Source: a bacterium (lineage in GTDB: Bacteria > UBA8248). Taken from it: DNA of 64,000 nt. Where the stretch lies: NCBI GenBank assembly GCA_965221165.1, contig CBDCRP010000002.1, forward strand, positions 1,312,001 to 1,376,000, read 5' to 3'. Shown here in pieces: positions 40,243 to 49,757 of this stretch; the stretch's first letter is position 1; each line of letters opens with the position of its first letter. The translations under genes and the position numbers were made by a program. The notes below the pieces were generated by a model. The model was given only the letters and a program-made list of their open reading frames with translations, did no database searches and was not told the origin of the DNA.

Positions 40243-40398
40243 AAGGTGCCCATCGGGGCGAGAATGACCTTCCCTCATCGGTCGGTCAAAGCCGCGCACG
40301 AGGACAGGACGTTCATCGTTTTCGGCCCCCAGGTGATAGTGGAAGAGAGCGGCCCCCGGATTCTGACACCCGACGCGATGGACGTGACCGCGTCGTAA
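40240..40398 (+). pseudogene. Possible C-terminal remnant of an M24 peptidase
   Basis: MTFPH...FGPQVIVEESGPRILT resembles M24 C-termini; weak. Confidence 0.3.
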
Positions 40399-40615
40399 AG
40401 ACTTCAAAAAGAGCGAGACCTTCAAAATTACTCCCCGGTCGGGTTTGACCCGCATTCGTGGTAAGGAGATGGATGAAGATTCCGTATATGGTGGCGGAGC
40501 GGTTCGGCTTGTTCAGCCGCGTGGGAATTGCGGAACGGGCGTGAGATCGGCTGACGGCCCATCTTGAATGCCGATTCTGTCGAACCCCTTGGCGCAGGGG
40601 CAAGTCAAGGGTTTG

Positions 40616-40665
40616 TTGACACAATCAGGAAACATACGATAACATCAGTAATCTTATCATGACAA
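40616..40665 (+). promoter_or_regulatory. Sigma70-like promoter plus palindromic operator upstream of the selenoprotein operon
   Basis: TTGACA at 40616, GATAAC 16 nt downstream, near-perfect palindrome TTATCATGACAA at 40654-40665. Confidence 0.45.
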
Positions 40666-40735
40666 TTCGGCATTTTACTGCGAGTTCAAACCCCGTTGAG
40701 CACGTACCCATGTATTGATTGGGGAGGAGTCTTTT

Positions 40736-41293
40736 ATGGGGAAAACCCTGATGATTCTCGATCCCTCGGGAATACCCCCTTCGATTGATGAGGTACGGCC
40801 AGCCGCCCGGCCCGCCTCCCACGAAGGAATACGCCTCGGGCTTCTCGACAACACGAAACCCAACTCCGATAAGCTGCTCTGCCGGCTGGAAGAGCGGTTG
40901 CGCGGTAAATATCCTATCGGCTCGTTCACTCACTACCGAAAGGGAGGCAGCGCGCTCCCCCTGGAGGAGGATCTGATCGAGCGGATGGCGGGTGAGTGCG
41001 ACTTCGTGGTAAACGCGGTGCCGGACTGAGGGTCTTGCACGCCGTGGAGTATCCACGACGCGATTAAGCTCGAGCAGCACGGGATACCCACTCTCACCAT
41101 CATCACGGACATGTTCGAGGCCTTCGGTCGCAAGAAGGCGGGGGCATTGGGTTTTGCGGGCCTCCCCATCGTCTCGATCCCCCATCCCATCACTGGAATC
41201 CCGATCGATACGGTGCACACACACGCGGACGAGATACTGGAAAGCGTGGCGAAGTCTCTGACGGAGACGCCATCGCCGGAAGAGAAAGAATGA
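40736..41293 (+). CDS. UGSC-motif selenoprotein (thioredoxin-like UxxC), TGA 41027-41029 read as Sec
   Basis: Track ORFs 40715-41029 and 41111-41293 are in one frame and join as ...NAVPD-U-GSCTPWSIHDAIKLEQHGIPT...; N-terminal LLDNTKPNS motif; GGGGAGGAG RBS. Confidence 0.88.
41030..41062 (+). promoter_or_regulatory. Bacterial SECIS-like hairpin
   Basis: Stem CGTGGA/TCCACG (41043-41057) with a G-led GTA loop 20 nt after the TGA; extendable lower stem. Confidence 0.65.
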
Positions 41294-42345
41294 AACTCTC
41301 CTCCAAGTGCCACGAGGTGGCGGACTCCCCCCTGGAGTTGCTCGAATACGTGATGGAACGGGGCTGGGGGGATGGACTGCCCGTCATCCCGCCCACCGAA
41401 GAGCGGGTGGCGGCCATGGTGGAGGCATCAAAGCGACCGCCGCCTGAGTCCCACGGCCGCATCCCCCACCTCTTCGGCGACGCCACGATCGAGAAGATCG
41501 CCGTCAACGCCGCCATGGCGGGCTGTAGGCCCGAGTACATGCCTATCCTCATTACCGCCGTCGACGCCATATTCGACCCCATTTACAACCTCCCGGGAGT
41601 TCAGGGAACGACGAACTGCATCGCGCAGCTCATCGTCGTCCACGGGCCCGCCCGCCACGCGCTGGGAATCAATTGCAAGGAAAACCTCTTCGGCCAGGGT
41701 TGGCGGGCCAACGCCACCATCGGCAGGGCATTTAGGTTCATCCTGCAAAACATCGGGGGCGCCATACCGGGCGACACCGACCGCAGCACCTTCGGCCACC
41801 AGGGCAAGTTTTCAAGCTGTATCGGCGAAAACGAAGAAGCGAGCCCGTGGCCGCCGCTCCACGTCGAACGCGGCCTCGAGCGTTCGGACAGCGCCGTAAC
41901 GGTTATCGCCGTCGACCCGCATATCATGGTCAACGACGCGAGCAGCACGGCGGGCGAGGGAGTGCTTCATTCCATCGCTTCGTCGATGATTCAGGCGGGG
42001 AGCAACAACGCGCTTTTCGGCGGGGAGATGGTGGTGGTTCTCGGCCCCGAACACGTGGATATGCTTGTGCGCGACGGCTGGGAACCGCCGCGAATCCGGG
42101 CCTTCCTTTATGAGAGGGGCAGGGTGCCGTCGTCTTTTTTTGCGCCGGCGAACCTCGAACGGGCGCGGGGGCGCCGAGGCGAACTCTTTGCCCGGGAAGA
42201 CCTGGAGAGCGTTCCCGTCGTCGACGATGAGGAGAGCATCTGCCTGTTCGTCGCGGGAGGTCTCGGGAAGCATAGCCTCGTCATCCCGACATTCGGAACC
42301 ACGCACAGCGTTACGCGAAAGATTGATTTTTCTTTCACCGACTGA
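41290..42345 (+). CDS. Conserved uncharacterised partner of UGSC (seleno)proteins
   Basis: GWGDGLPVIPPTEERV, EKIAVNAAMAGCRPEY, RANATIGRA, ENEEASPWPPLHVERG; ATGA overlap with the selenoprotein stop. Confidence 0.85.
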   Translation: MKLSSKCHEVADSPLELLEYVMERGWGDGLPVIPPTEERVAAMVEASKRPPPESHGRIPHLFGDATIEKIAVNAAMAGCRPEYMPILITAVDAIFDPIYNLPGVQGTTNCIAQLIVVHGPARHALGINCKENLFGQGWRANATIGRAFRFILQNIGGAIPGDTDRSTFGHQGKFSSCIGENEEASPWPPLHVERGLERSDSAVTVIAVDPHIMVNDASSTAGEGVLHSIASSMIQAGSNNALFGGEMVVVLGPEHVDMLVRDGWEPPRIRAFLYERGRVPSSFFAPANLERARGRRGELFAREDLESVPVVDDEESICLFVAGGLGKHSLVIPTFGTTHSVTRKIDFSFTD

Positions 42346-42515
42346 ACGTGAGTCGGACTCGGGAGAGGAGCGGATTCGACACTCTATCGCACCCGATAAT
42401 CGGGCCCTTGCCTGATGGCGGGGGTTCCATGCCGGGGGTGATAGGACATTGCGGCACGACACCCCGCTCCATGCAGGGGTGTTGGTGTCAATCCATCATT
42501 TTGGAGGGAAGAGCA

Positions 42516-44132
42516 ATGGAACGGAATAAGATCCGATTTGGAAGCGTCGCTATTTTCTTTGTTCTCGCGGCGGTGCTTGTCCTCGGCCAGGTTCCAGGGT
42601 CCGCATGGGCCCAGAAGCGGGGAGGCACGCTGGTTATCGGCCTGGAAGCCGACCCGGGGCATTTCAACCTGATCGTCAAACCAGGCACCACGGTCCAGGT
42701 GCCGGCCGTGAACATCTACAACAAGCTGATCACTCTCGATTTCAATCTCAGTCCGAAGCCGGAATTGGCGAAGTCCTGGGAGGTCAAAGACGGAGGAAAG
42801 ACGCTCATCTTCCATCTCCGAAAGGGCGTGAAGTTCCATGACGGCAAGGAGATGACGAGCGAGGACGTCAAGTTCTCGCTGGAGAAGTGCCTGCCGTACA
42901 ATCCCCGCTCGCGCGTGTTCTGGAAGCCTGTGGCGGAGAAGGTGGAAGCGCCGGACAAGTACACCATCGTCGTCCGCCTCAAGAAGCCTTTCGCTCCTTT
43001 GCTCACGGTGATGGGCGTGATCTTCGGCGGACCCGCCATCTATCCCAAGCACCTGTGGAAGGATCATGTGGGCAGCCGCAAGGCGTTCCTGAATGCTCCG
43101 TGGAGCAAGAAACCCGTTGGAACGGGGCCCTTCATGCTTAAGGAATACAAGAAGGGAAGCCACGTCAGGCTCGTGCGGAACCCGAATTACTGGAACGCGC
43201 CCAAGCCCTACGCGGATGAACTGGTCATCCGGTTCATCTCGGACGCCAACACCCGGCTCATTGCCTTGGAAAAAGGCGAACTCGACTATCTGCGCGCGGC
43301 GCTCGTCCCCTGGGATCAGGCCGCCCGTCTCAAAAAGAACCCGAAACTCGTCGTCCTCGACAAGGGGGGAGAGGCGACGGGGCAGGTCGAGTTCATGCTC
43401 TTGAACATGCGGCGGCCTATCACCGGGAACGTGAAGGTTCGCCAGGCGATCGCGTATGCGCTGGACAAGAACCAGATCAGCCAGCTGGCTACCGGGGGCA
43501 CCGCGAAAGTGGCGGACGGCATCATGCATTCGGCCATGAAGTGGGCGCACAAGGGCAGCTTTGCTCAGTACAAGCAAGACGTGGCCATGGCGAACAGGCT
43601 GCTCGATGAGGCGGGCTACCCGATGAAAGGAGGCAAGCGCTTCGGCCTCACGCTAACCTGGGCCCGGGGTCGCGGCTTTGAGGGATTGGCGGCCGAGGTG
43701 ATCAAGCAACAGCTCAAGAAAGTCGGCATCGACATCAAGATCGAGTCCTTCGACCGGGCGGCGACGCTGCAGAAGGTGTACATCAAGCACAATTTCGACA
43801 TCATGATGCAGTTCTTCACCACCGGTCCCGACCCCAAGATCAGCGTGACCCGGGTCTACGACAGGAACAACATCGGCTCGGCGAACTTCAACAACGCGCC
43901 GTCCTACATCAACGTAGGCGTTCAGCGTCTTCTCGACGCCGAATGGCAGATCCCCGACGTAAAGAAGCGGGGCGCCGCGTGGCGTCAGATCGTCGATATG
44001 GTCGCGGCCGACGCGCCCGTGATCCCGCTGTTCGAGACGCCCTTCGTCCACACGCATTCGGCAAAATGGGCGGATGTGGTCACGCGTCCCTACTGCGCTT
44101 ATTGCACTCGGGAGGACGCTTACCAGAAGTAG
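42516..44132 (+). CDS. ABC transporter substrate-binding protein, family 5 (DppA/OppA-like)
   Basis: Signal peptide, PELAKSWE, LRKGVKFHDG, PVGTGPF, VRQAIAYALD. Confidence 0.92.
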   Translation: MERNKIRFGSVAIFFVLAAVLVLGQVPGSAWAQKRGGTLVIGLEADPGHFNLIVKPGTTVQVPAVNIYNKLITLDFNLSPKPELAKSWEVKDGGKTLIFHLRKGVKFHDGKEMTSEDVKFSLEKCLPYNPRSRVFWKPVAEKVEAPDKYTIVVRLKKPFAPLLTVMGVIFGGPAIYPKHLWKDHVGSRKAFLNAPWSKKPVGTGPFMLKEYKKGSHVRLVRNPNYWNAPKPYADELVIRFISDANTRLIALEKGELDYLRAALVPWDQAARLKKNPKLVVLDKGGEATGQVEFMLLNMRRPITGNVKVRQAIAYALDKNQISQLATGGTAKVADGIMHSAMKWAHKGSFAQYKQDVAMANRLLDEAGYPMKGGKRFGLTLTWARGRGFEGLAAEVIKQQLKKVGIDIKIESFDRAATLQKVYIKHNFDIMMQFFTTGPDPKISVTRVYDRNNIGSANFNNAPSYINVGVQRLLDAEWQIPDVKKRGAAWRQIVDMVAADAPVIPLFETPFVHTHSAKWADVVTRPYCAYCTREDAYQK

Positions 44133-44156
44133 TCCTGTAATTCGATTCGTGTTTCA

Positions 44157-44182
44157 GGGGCCCCGTCTCCGGGCGGGGCCCC
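44157..44182 (+). terminator. GC-rich stem-loop after the binding-protein gene (stabiliser or partial terminator)
   Basis: GGGGCCCCG...CGGGGCCCC inverted repeat. Confidence 0.55.
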
Positions 44183-44216
44183 GCAGGTTTCTTGACGTCT
44201 CACCGAGGGGCGATCC

Positions 44217-45200
44217 ATGGCAGGTGGTCATCCGCTTCTGCGTTACAGTGTAAGGCGTATTCTTCAGGCCGTCCCTCTCGTTTTCTGGGTCGTCATCATC
44301 AACTTCACCATCATCCATCTCGCTCCGGGAGATCCGGCCATCTATTTGGCCAGCGTCACCGAGGCCACGCCGGAGGCCTACGAGGAACTGCGCATCGAGT
44401 TCGGCCTGGACAAGCCGCTTTACGTCCAGATGGGGATTTACCTGTGGAAGCTGCTTCATCTGGACTTGGGCTACTCCACCTGGCACAACTCCCCCGTACT
44501 CGGTGTAATTCTCGATCGCTTGCCGGCCACCATGCTCCTGATGGCGACGGCCTTCTCCATAGCCAGCCTCATGGGAGTCATACTGGGCGTTATTGCATCG
44601 CGTTACTCCTATTCGGTGGGCGATCACCTGGCGACCCTGGCTTCGCTCGCCGGCTATTCGATGCCCATTTTCTGGCTGGGCCAACTTCTCATACTTTTCT
44701 TCGCTCTCTACCTGGACTGGTTGCCGAGCCAGGGCATGTATTCGATGCGCGGGGTGGAGCCCGGCTGGCCTGCGGTTCTTGACGTCTTGAAGCACTTGCT
44801 CCTTCCCGCCATTACCTACGCCACTTATCATATGACCCTCGTATTCCGAATCACACGGGGGAAGATGCAGGAAACACTCGCGCAGGACTTCATCCTGACC
44901 GCGAAATCCAAGGGGTTGAACGAACGCCGCGTGCTCTACCGGCACGCCCTGCGCAATGCGCTGCTCCCGGTGGTTACCGTGATCGGCATCAATTTCGCAT
45001 ACGTCATGGCGGGCTCGGTGTTCACCGAGACCGTGTTCGGGTGGCCGGGCATGGGCAGGCTGATTTTCGAATCGATTACCGCACGGGACTATCCGATGAT
45101 TCTGGGAATCTTCCTCGTCGTCTCGATGATGATAGTGCTTGCAAACCTCATCACGGACATTCTCTACGCCATGATTGACCCGCGTGTGGCTTATGAATAG
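44217..45200 (+). CDS. ABC permease (DppB/OppB-like)
   Basis: LAPGDPA, FGLDKP, TAKSKGL, HALRNALLP, ETVFGWPGMG. Confidence 0.93.
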   Translation: MAGGHPLLRYSVRRILQAVPLVFWVVIINFTIIHLAPGDPAIYLASVTEATPEAYEELRIEFGLDKPLYVQMGIYLWKLLHLDLGYSTWHNSPVLGVILDRLPATMLLMATAFSIASLMGVILGVIASRYSYSVGDHLATLASLAGYSMPIFWLGQLLILFFALYLDWLPSQGMYSMRGVEPGWPAVLDVLKHLLLPAITYATYHMTLVFRITRGKMQETLAQDFILTAKSKGLNERRVLYRHALRNALLPVVTVIGINFAYVMAGSVFTETVFGWPGMGRLIFESITARDYPMILGIFLVVSMMIVLANLITDILYAMIDPRVAYE

Positions 45201-45212
45201 GAACCTGGAACC

Positions 45213-46112
45213 GTGACGACGACGGCTGACCCAATCGCTCATCGAAACTCGAAAAGAGGGCCGCAGTGGAGGGCCATCTGGGGAGCGTTCAGCCAGAATC
45301 CCGCGGTGCCCATCGCAGCGTCCGTGCTGTTGTTGCTGGTTTTACTGGTATTATTCGCGCCCCTCCTGGCGCCCTATGATCCTTACGCCCTGGGTTCGGG
45401 TTCGCGGCTGGGCGGGCATAGTTACCGCAACCTCATGGGCGCCGACAATCTCGGCCGCGATGTCTTGAGCCGCATCCTGTGGGGCGGGCGGGTCTCGATC
45501 TTCGTTGGTTTCTCGGCGGCCTTCGCCACGACGGTCTTAGGCCTGCTCGTGGGCACAATCTCCGGTTACCTGGGCGGGTGGGTCGACGACATTCTGATGC
45601 GGCTCACCGAGACTTTCATGGTGATTCCGCGCTTCTTCCTTGCGCTGATAATCGTCGCCTTCTTCGGGGCGAGCATCTGGAACATCATCTTCGCCATCTC
45701 CATTTTGACGTGGCCGGTGACGGCCCGCATCGTTCGCTCGGAATTCCTGACCCTGCGCACACGGCAATTCGTGGACGCCGCGCACGTGATCGGGACGAAG
45801 AGATCGACAATCATCTTTCGTGAGATTCTGCCGAACGCCATAGGGGTTGTAGTCGTAAACGCCTCGCTTTTGACTGCGCAGGCGATGCTGCTGGAAGCGG
45901 GTTTGAGCTATCTCGGCCTGGGAGACCCCAGCCTGGTGACCTGGGGGCGGATGCTTTACGAAGCGCAGCCTTTTCTGCGGCAAGCATGGTGGATGGCCGT
46001 GTATCCCGGTTTGGGCATCTTTCTTTCGGTCCTGACGCTCAATCTGCTGGGAGACGGCTTGAACGACGTGCTCAATCCCCGCTCTTCCGAGATTCACCGG
46101 ACCGGACTATGA
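45213..46112 (+). CDS. ABC permease (DppC/OppC-like)
   Basis: GADNLGRDVLSR, FVDAA, EAGLSYLGLG, NLLGDGLND. Confidence 0.93.
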   Translation: MTTTADPIAHRNSKRGPQWRAIWGAFSQNPAVPIAASVLLLLVLLVLFAPLLAPYDPYALGSGSRLGGHSYRNLMGADNLGRDVLSRILWGGRVSIFVGFSAAFATTVLGLLVGTISGYLGGWVDDILMRLTETFMVIPRFFLALIIVAFFGASIWNIIFAISILTWPVTARIVRSEFLTLRTRQFVDAAHVIGTKRSTIIFREILPNAIGVVVVNASLLTAQAMLLEAGLSYLGLGDPSLVTWGRMLYEAQPFLRQAWWMAVYPGLGIFLSVLTLNLLGDGLNDVLNPRSSEIHRTGL

Positions 46113-47092
46113 ACGAGAAGGCGGAAAATCGAAACGGCCTCCTGCGGGTCTCCGATCTGAGGACCTACCTCGATGTCCCTTCCGGCGTGATCAAAGCCGT
46201 GGACGGCGTCTCGCTGGAAGTGAACCGCAAGGAGGCGGTTGCGCTGGTCGGAGAGTCGGGGTCGGGGAAATCCATGACGGCTCTCACCATCATCCGGCTC
46301 CAGCCGGTCGTAGCCCGCATCCTCTCGGGCGAAGTGCTGTTGGGCGACGTGGATCTCCTGACGCTGGATGCGGCGAGTATGCGCAACCTCCGCGGAAAGG
46401 AGATCGCCATGGTCTTTCAGGATCCCATGACTTATCTGAACCCCGTCATGCGGGCCGGGGCCCAGGTGGCGGAGGTGGTGCTGGAGCACCAGGAGGTCAC
46501 GAAAGGGGAGGCTCGCTCACAGGTGCTCGACGCATTCGATCATGTCGGCATCCCTTCCCCCCAAAGGGTCTACGATAGCTACCCCCATCAGTTGAGCGGC
46601 GGCATGCGCCAACGGGTGCTCATCGCCATGGCCATTTCGTGCCGCCCGTCCCTGCTCATCGCCGATGAGCCCACCACGGCGCTGGACGTGACCATTCAGG
46701 CGCAAATCATGGACCTGCTCGCCCAACTTCGCGAGGAACTCCAGAACGCCCTGTTCCTGATCACGCACGATATCGGCCTGGTGGCGGAGCATTGCGACCG
46801 AATCTACATCATGTATGCGGGCCAGATTGTAGAGCACGCCGACACCTTTACCCTGTTCGCCGAACCGAAACATCCCTATACGGAGGGTCTCTTGCGTTCG
46901 ACGCTCAGCCCCGATAAGCGCGTTGAGGTATTTGAAACCATCGAGGGGCAGGTGCCGAACCCGACAGACATGCCGTCGGGTTGCCGCTTCCATCCGCGTT
47001 GTCCCCACGTCAAAGACATCTGCCGCGAAGAATCGCCGCCTTCCTTGAGTTTGGGGAAGGGACGGATGGTGGCTTGCTGGCTTTATGATTGA
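46109..47092 (+). CDS. ABC ATPase (DppD/OppD-like)
   Basis: [37 protein letters not shown]. Start at ATG 46109. Confidence 0.93.
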   Translation: MNEKAENRNGLLRVSDLRTYLDVPSGVIKAVDGVSLEVNRKEAVALVGESGSGKSMTALTIIRLQPVVARILSGEVLLGDVDLLTLDAASMRNLRGKEIAMVFQDPMTYLNPVMRAGAQVAEVVLEHQEVTKGEARSQVLDAFDHVGIPSPQRVYDSYPHQLSGGMRQRVLIAMAISCRPSLLIADEPTTALDVTIQAQIMDLLAQLREELQNALFLITHDIGLVAEHCDRIYIMYAGQIVEHADTFTLFAEPKHPYTEGLLRSTLSPDKRVEVFETIEGQVPNPTDMPSGCRFHPRCPHVKDICREESPPSLSLGKGRMVACWLYD

Positions 47093-48116
47093 TCTCGCCT
47101 TCATGAATCATTCACTCTTGCAGGTGCGCAGGCTGACGAAACATTTTCCCGTCGACGGGGGATGGTTCCGGCCTCCTCGCCACGTGCACGCCGTGGACGA
47201 CATCAGTTTCTCGCTCAAAGCCGGTGAATCGTTCGCCCTGGTGGGTGAAAGCGGCTGCGGGAAAACGACGACGGCCCGCTTGCTGGCGAAATTGGAAAAG
47301 CCCGACGATGGAAGCATCCTCTTCGACGAACAAGAGGTCGCGGAATTGAGAGGACCCGCTCTCAAGCAGTACAATCGCGACGTACAGATGATCTTTCAGG
47401 ATCCCTTCGAATCCTTGAATCCCAGGCGTACCGTGCGGGCCATCCTGCGCCAGCCTTTCCTCAATCATGACGCGGCGGATAAAAGCGAGATTGATGAGAC
47501 CGTCGTTGATCTCCTGAACCAGGTGGGCATGGAGCCGGGCGAAATCTTCATGGACCGCTACCCTCACCAGCTCAGCGGCGGCCAGCGTCAGCGTATCGGC
47601 ATCGCGCGGGCTCTCACGCTCAAGCCCCGGCTGGTGATCGCCGATGAGCCGGTCTCCTCACTCGATATATCGATCCGCGCCCAAATCCTGAACCTCCTGA
47701 AGGCTCTTCAGGCGCAACATGATCTTTCCTACCTCTTCATCACGCACGACCTGGGAGTCGTGCGGTCGGTCTGTGACAGGGTGGGGGTCATGTACCTCGG
47801 TGAGATCGTGGAGCTTGCGGCGGTGGAGTCGCTCTTCACCACGCCCCTGCACCCCTACACGCAGGCGCTGCTCTCGGCCACTCCGGTGGCGGACCCGGTG
47901 AAGGCCAGGCAGCGGCGGCGCATCATCCTCAAGGGAGAGGTTCCTTCCGCCCTTGACCCGCCGACCGGATGCCGTTTCCATACCCGTTGTCCGTACAGCG
48001 AGCAGCGTTGCGTGGAAGAGAAGCCTGTGCTGAGAGAGTTCCATCCCGGCCATACGGTGGCCTGTCATTTTGCGGGGACCGTCGGCGTCGACGTCACGGC
48101 CGGTTCACTCATTTAG
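47085..48116 (+). CDS. ABC ATPase (DppF/OppF-like)
   Basis: GESGCGKTT, LSGGQRQR, ADEPVSSLD, GCRFHTRC. Confidence 0.93.
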   Translation: MIDLAFMNHSLLQVRRLTKHFPVDGGWFRPPRHVHAVDDISFSLKAGESFALVGESGCGKTTTARLLAKLEKPDDGSILFDEQEVAELRGPALKQYNRDVQMIFQDPFESLNPRRTVRAILRQPFLNHDAADKSEIDETVVDLLNQVGMEPGEIFMDRYPHQLSGGQRQRIGIARALTLKPRLVIADEPVSSLDISIRAQILNLLKALQAQHDLSYLFITHDLGVVRSVCDRVGVMYLGEIVELAAVESLFTTPLHPYTQALLSATPVADPVKARQRRRIILKGEVPSALDPPTGCRFHTRCPYSEQRCVEEKPVLREFHPGHTVACHFAGTVGVDVTAGSLI

Positions 48117-48239
48117 TCACCGGGCCTTTCTTTTCCACTAAATTCGGCCCGGTGATCTCGGGTTCGCGCGCTCGATGGAGAGGCAGAAGCATAATACGTT
48201 TCATCCAAAAAAGCAGAAGATTTTCCCGGAGGATTTTTC

Positions 48240-49541
48240 ATGAACGATGCTCTCGAAAAGGTGATTTCACAGGCTCGGCGAATCGACGTGGTTGCCCTTC
48301 TCCAGGAACTTGTCCGAATCCCCAGCCCCACGGGAGAAGAGGGAGCGATCCAGACCCTGGTGCAAGAACGATTTGCCGGTGCCGGTCTCGAGATGGAGGC
48401 GTTCGAGGCGAACCTTGAGGTGTTGAGAGAGCATCCGGCGTTTTCGGCCCCCCGCTTTTCGCTGGAGAGGGGTTATGGGGGCCGGCCGAACGTGCTCGGC
48501 CGCATGCGGGGAGCGGGAGGCGGCAGGTCGCTCCTCCTATTTTGCCATGCCGACACGGTTCCACCCGGTCCGCGAAGCGCCTGGACCCGGGATCCATTCG
48601 GGGGCGAGGTGGAGGACAATCGCCTCTATGGACGGGGATCGGGAGACGCCAAGTCGGGGTTGGCCGTCATGATTGCGTGCGCCCGGGCCTTACAAGGCGC
48701 CGGAGTGCGTCTCAAGGGGGATCTGACTCTCCTCTCCACCGTCGAAGAAGAAGAAGGAGGCGGAGGGGGGATGCTGGCGTGCGTTCTTCGCGGCCTTAAG
48801 GCGGATGGAGCCGTTTACACCCATATGAAACCGGGAGGATTGGGCGGCGTAGATATCGGTTCGGGCGGCGATGTGAGTTTCCGGATCACCGTGCCGGGCC
48901 AGGCCGGTCACAAGGGTTCGGCGCATCTTTTCGTGAACGCCATCGAGAAAGCCGAAAAGATCCACGCTGCGCTCAGAGAGCTGGACGCGCATAGAGGAGC
49001 CACGATTCGCGAACCCCTGGTGGAAAAACGTTTTGAGATAAGCGGACTCGAACCTCGCACGGTGAACCTTGTGGTGACCGTGATCCGCGCAGGCGTGTCC
49101 ATCGGTCAACTCCCGGCCGAATGCGTACTGGAGGGCGTGGCGGGGGTGGCCCCGAGAGAAAGCCTCGATGAGGTAAGAGAACTGGTGGAAAACCACCTCG
49201 CCCGGGCCGCCGGGGCCGACCCGTGGCTTCGCGAGCATCCGCCTCGGCTGGAATGGACGGAGAGACGCGCGGAGCCTTGCCTCACCGACCCCGAACACCC
49301 GTTTGTTCGAACGGCTTTGTCCGTAGCCGAACGGGTTACGGGCCGTCCTGCACAGCGTCAGGCCCTGAACGGGACGACGGACATGCGATTCCCGGTTCTC
49401 TACGGCGACACGCCCACCATCATGTTCGGAGGGAATTGCCCACGGGGTCACATCCCCGATGAATTTACCTATATCGACGAGCTTCGGCTCTCCGTCGACG
49501 GGTTGCTCCACCTGATTCTCGAGTGGTGCGGTGTGGCGTAA
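48240..49541 (+). CDS. M20 family metallohydrolase (ArgE/DapE-like)
   Basis: HADTV, LYGRGSGDAKSG, VEEE, NAIEKA, GHIPDE. Confidence 0.88.
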   Translation: MNDALEKVISQARRIDVVALLQELVRIPSPTGEEGAIQTLVQERFAGAGLEMEAFEANLEVLREHPAFSAPRFSLERGYGGRPNVLGRMRGAGGGRSLLLFCHADTVPPGPRSAWTRDPFGGEVEDNRLYGRGSGDAKSGLAVMIACARALQGAGVRLKGDLTLLSTVEEEEGGGGGMLACVLRGLKADGAVYTHMKPGGLGGVDIGSGGDVSFRITVPGQAGHKGSAHLFVNAIEKAEKIHAALRELDAHRGATIREPLVEKRFEISGLEPRTVNLVVTVIRAGVSIGQLPAECVLEGVAGVAPRESLDEVRELVENHLARAAGADPWLREHPPRLEWTERRAEPCLTDPEHPFVRTALSVAERVTGRPAQRQALNGTTDMRFPVLYGDTPTIMFGGNCPRGHIPDEFTYIDELRLSVDGLLHLILEWCGVA

Positions 49542-49757
49542 GCGGGCGCCCGGCGCCTTGCATATTCCTCTCTCCCGCATGGGGAGACAAGTGCCTCGCC
49601 AAGAGAACGAGGCAGCCTGCTGGTCAAAGGTGCGCCTCGCCTGATGATGTGTTTGCATGTTGTTTGAATTCCTGAGAACTTTATCACCCACCGTGGTGTG
49701 ATCCATAGTGAGCGGGCGAAAAAGGGTTTCCGAACTTCTGTGACGGGAGAAAGACAG

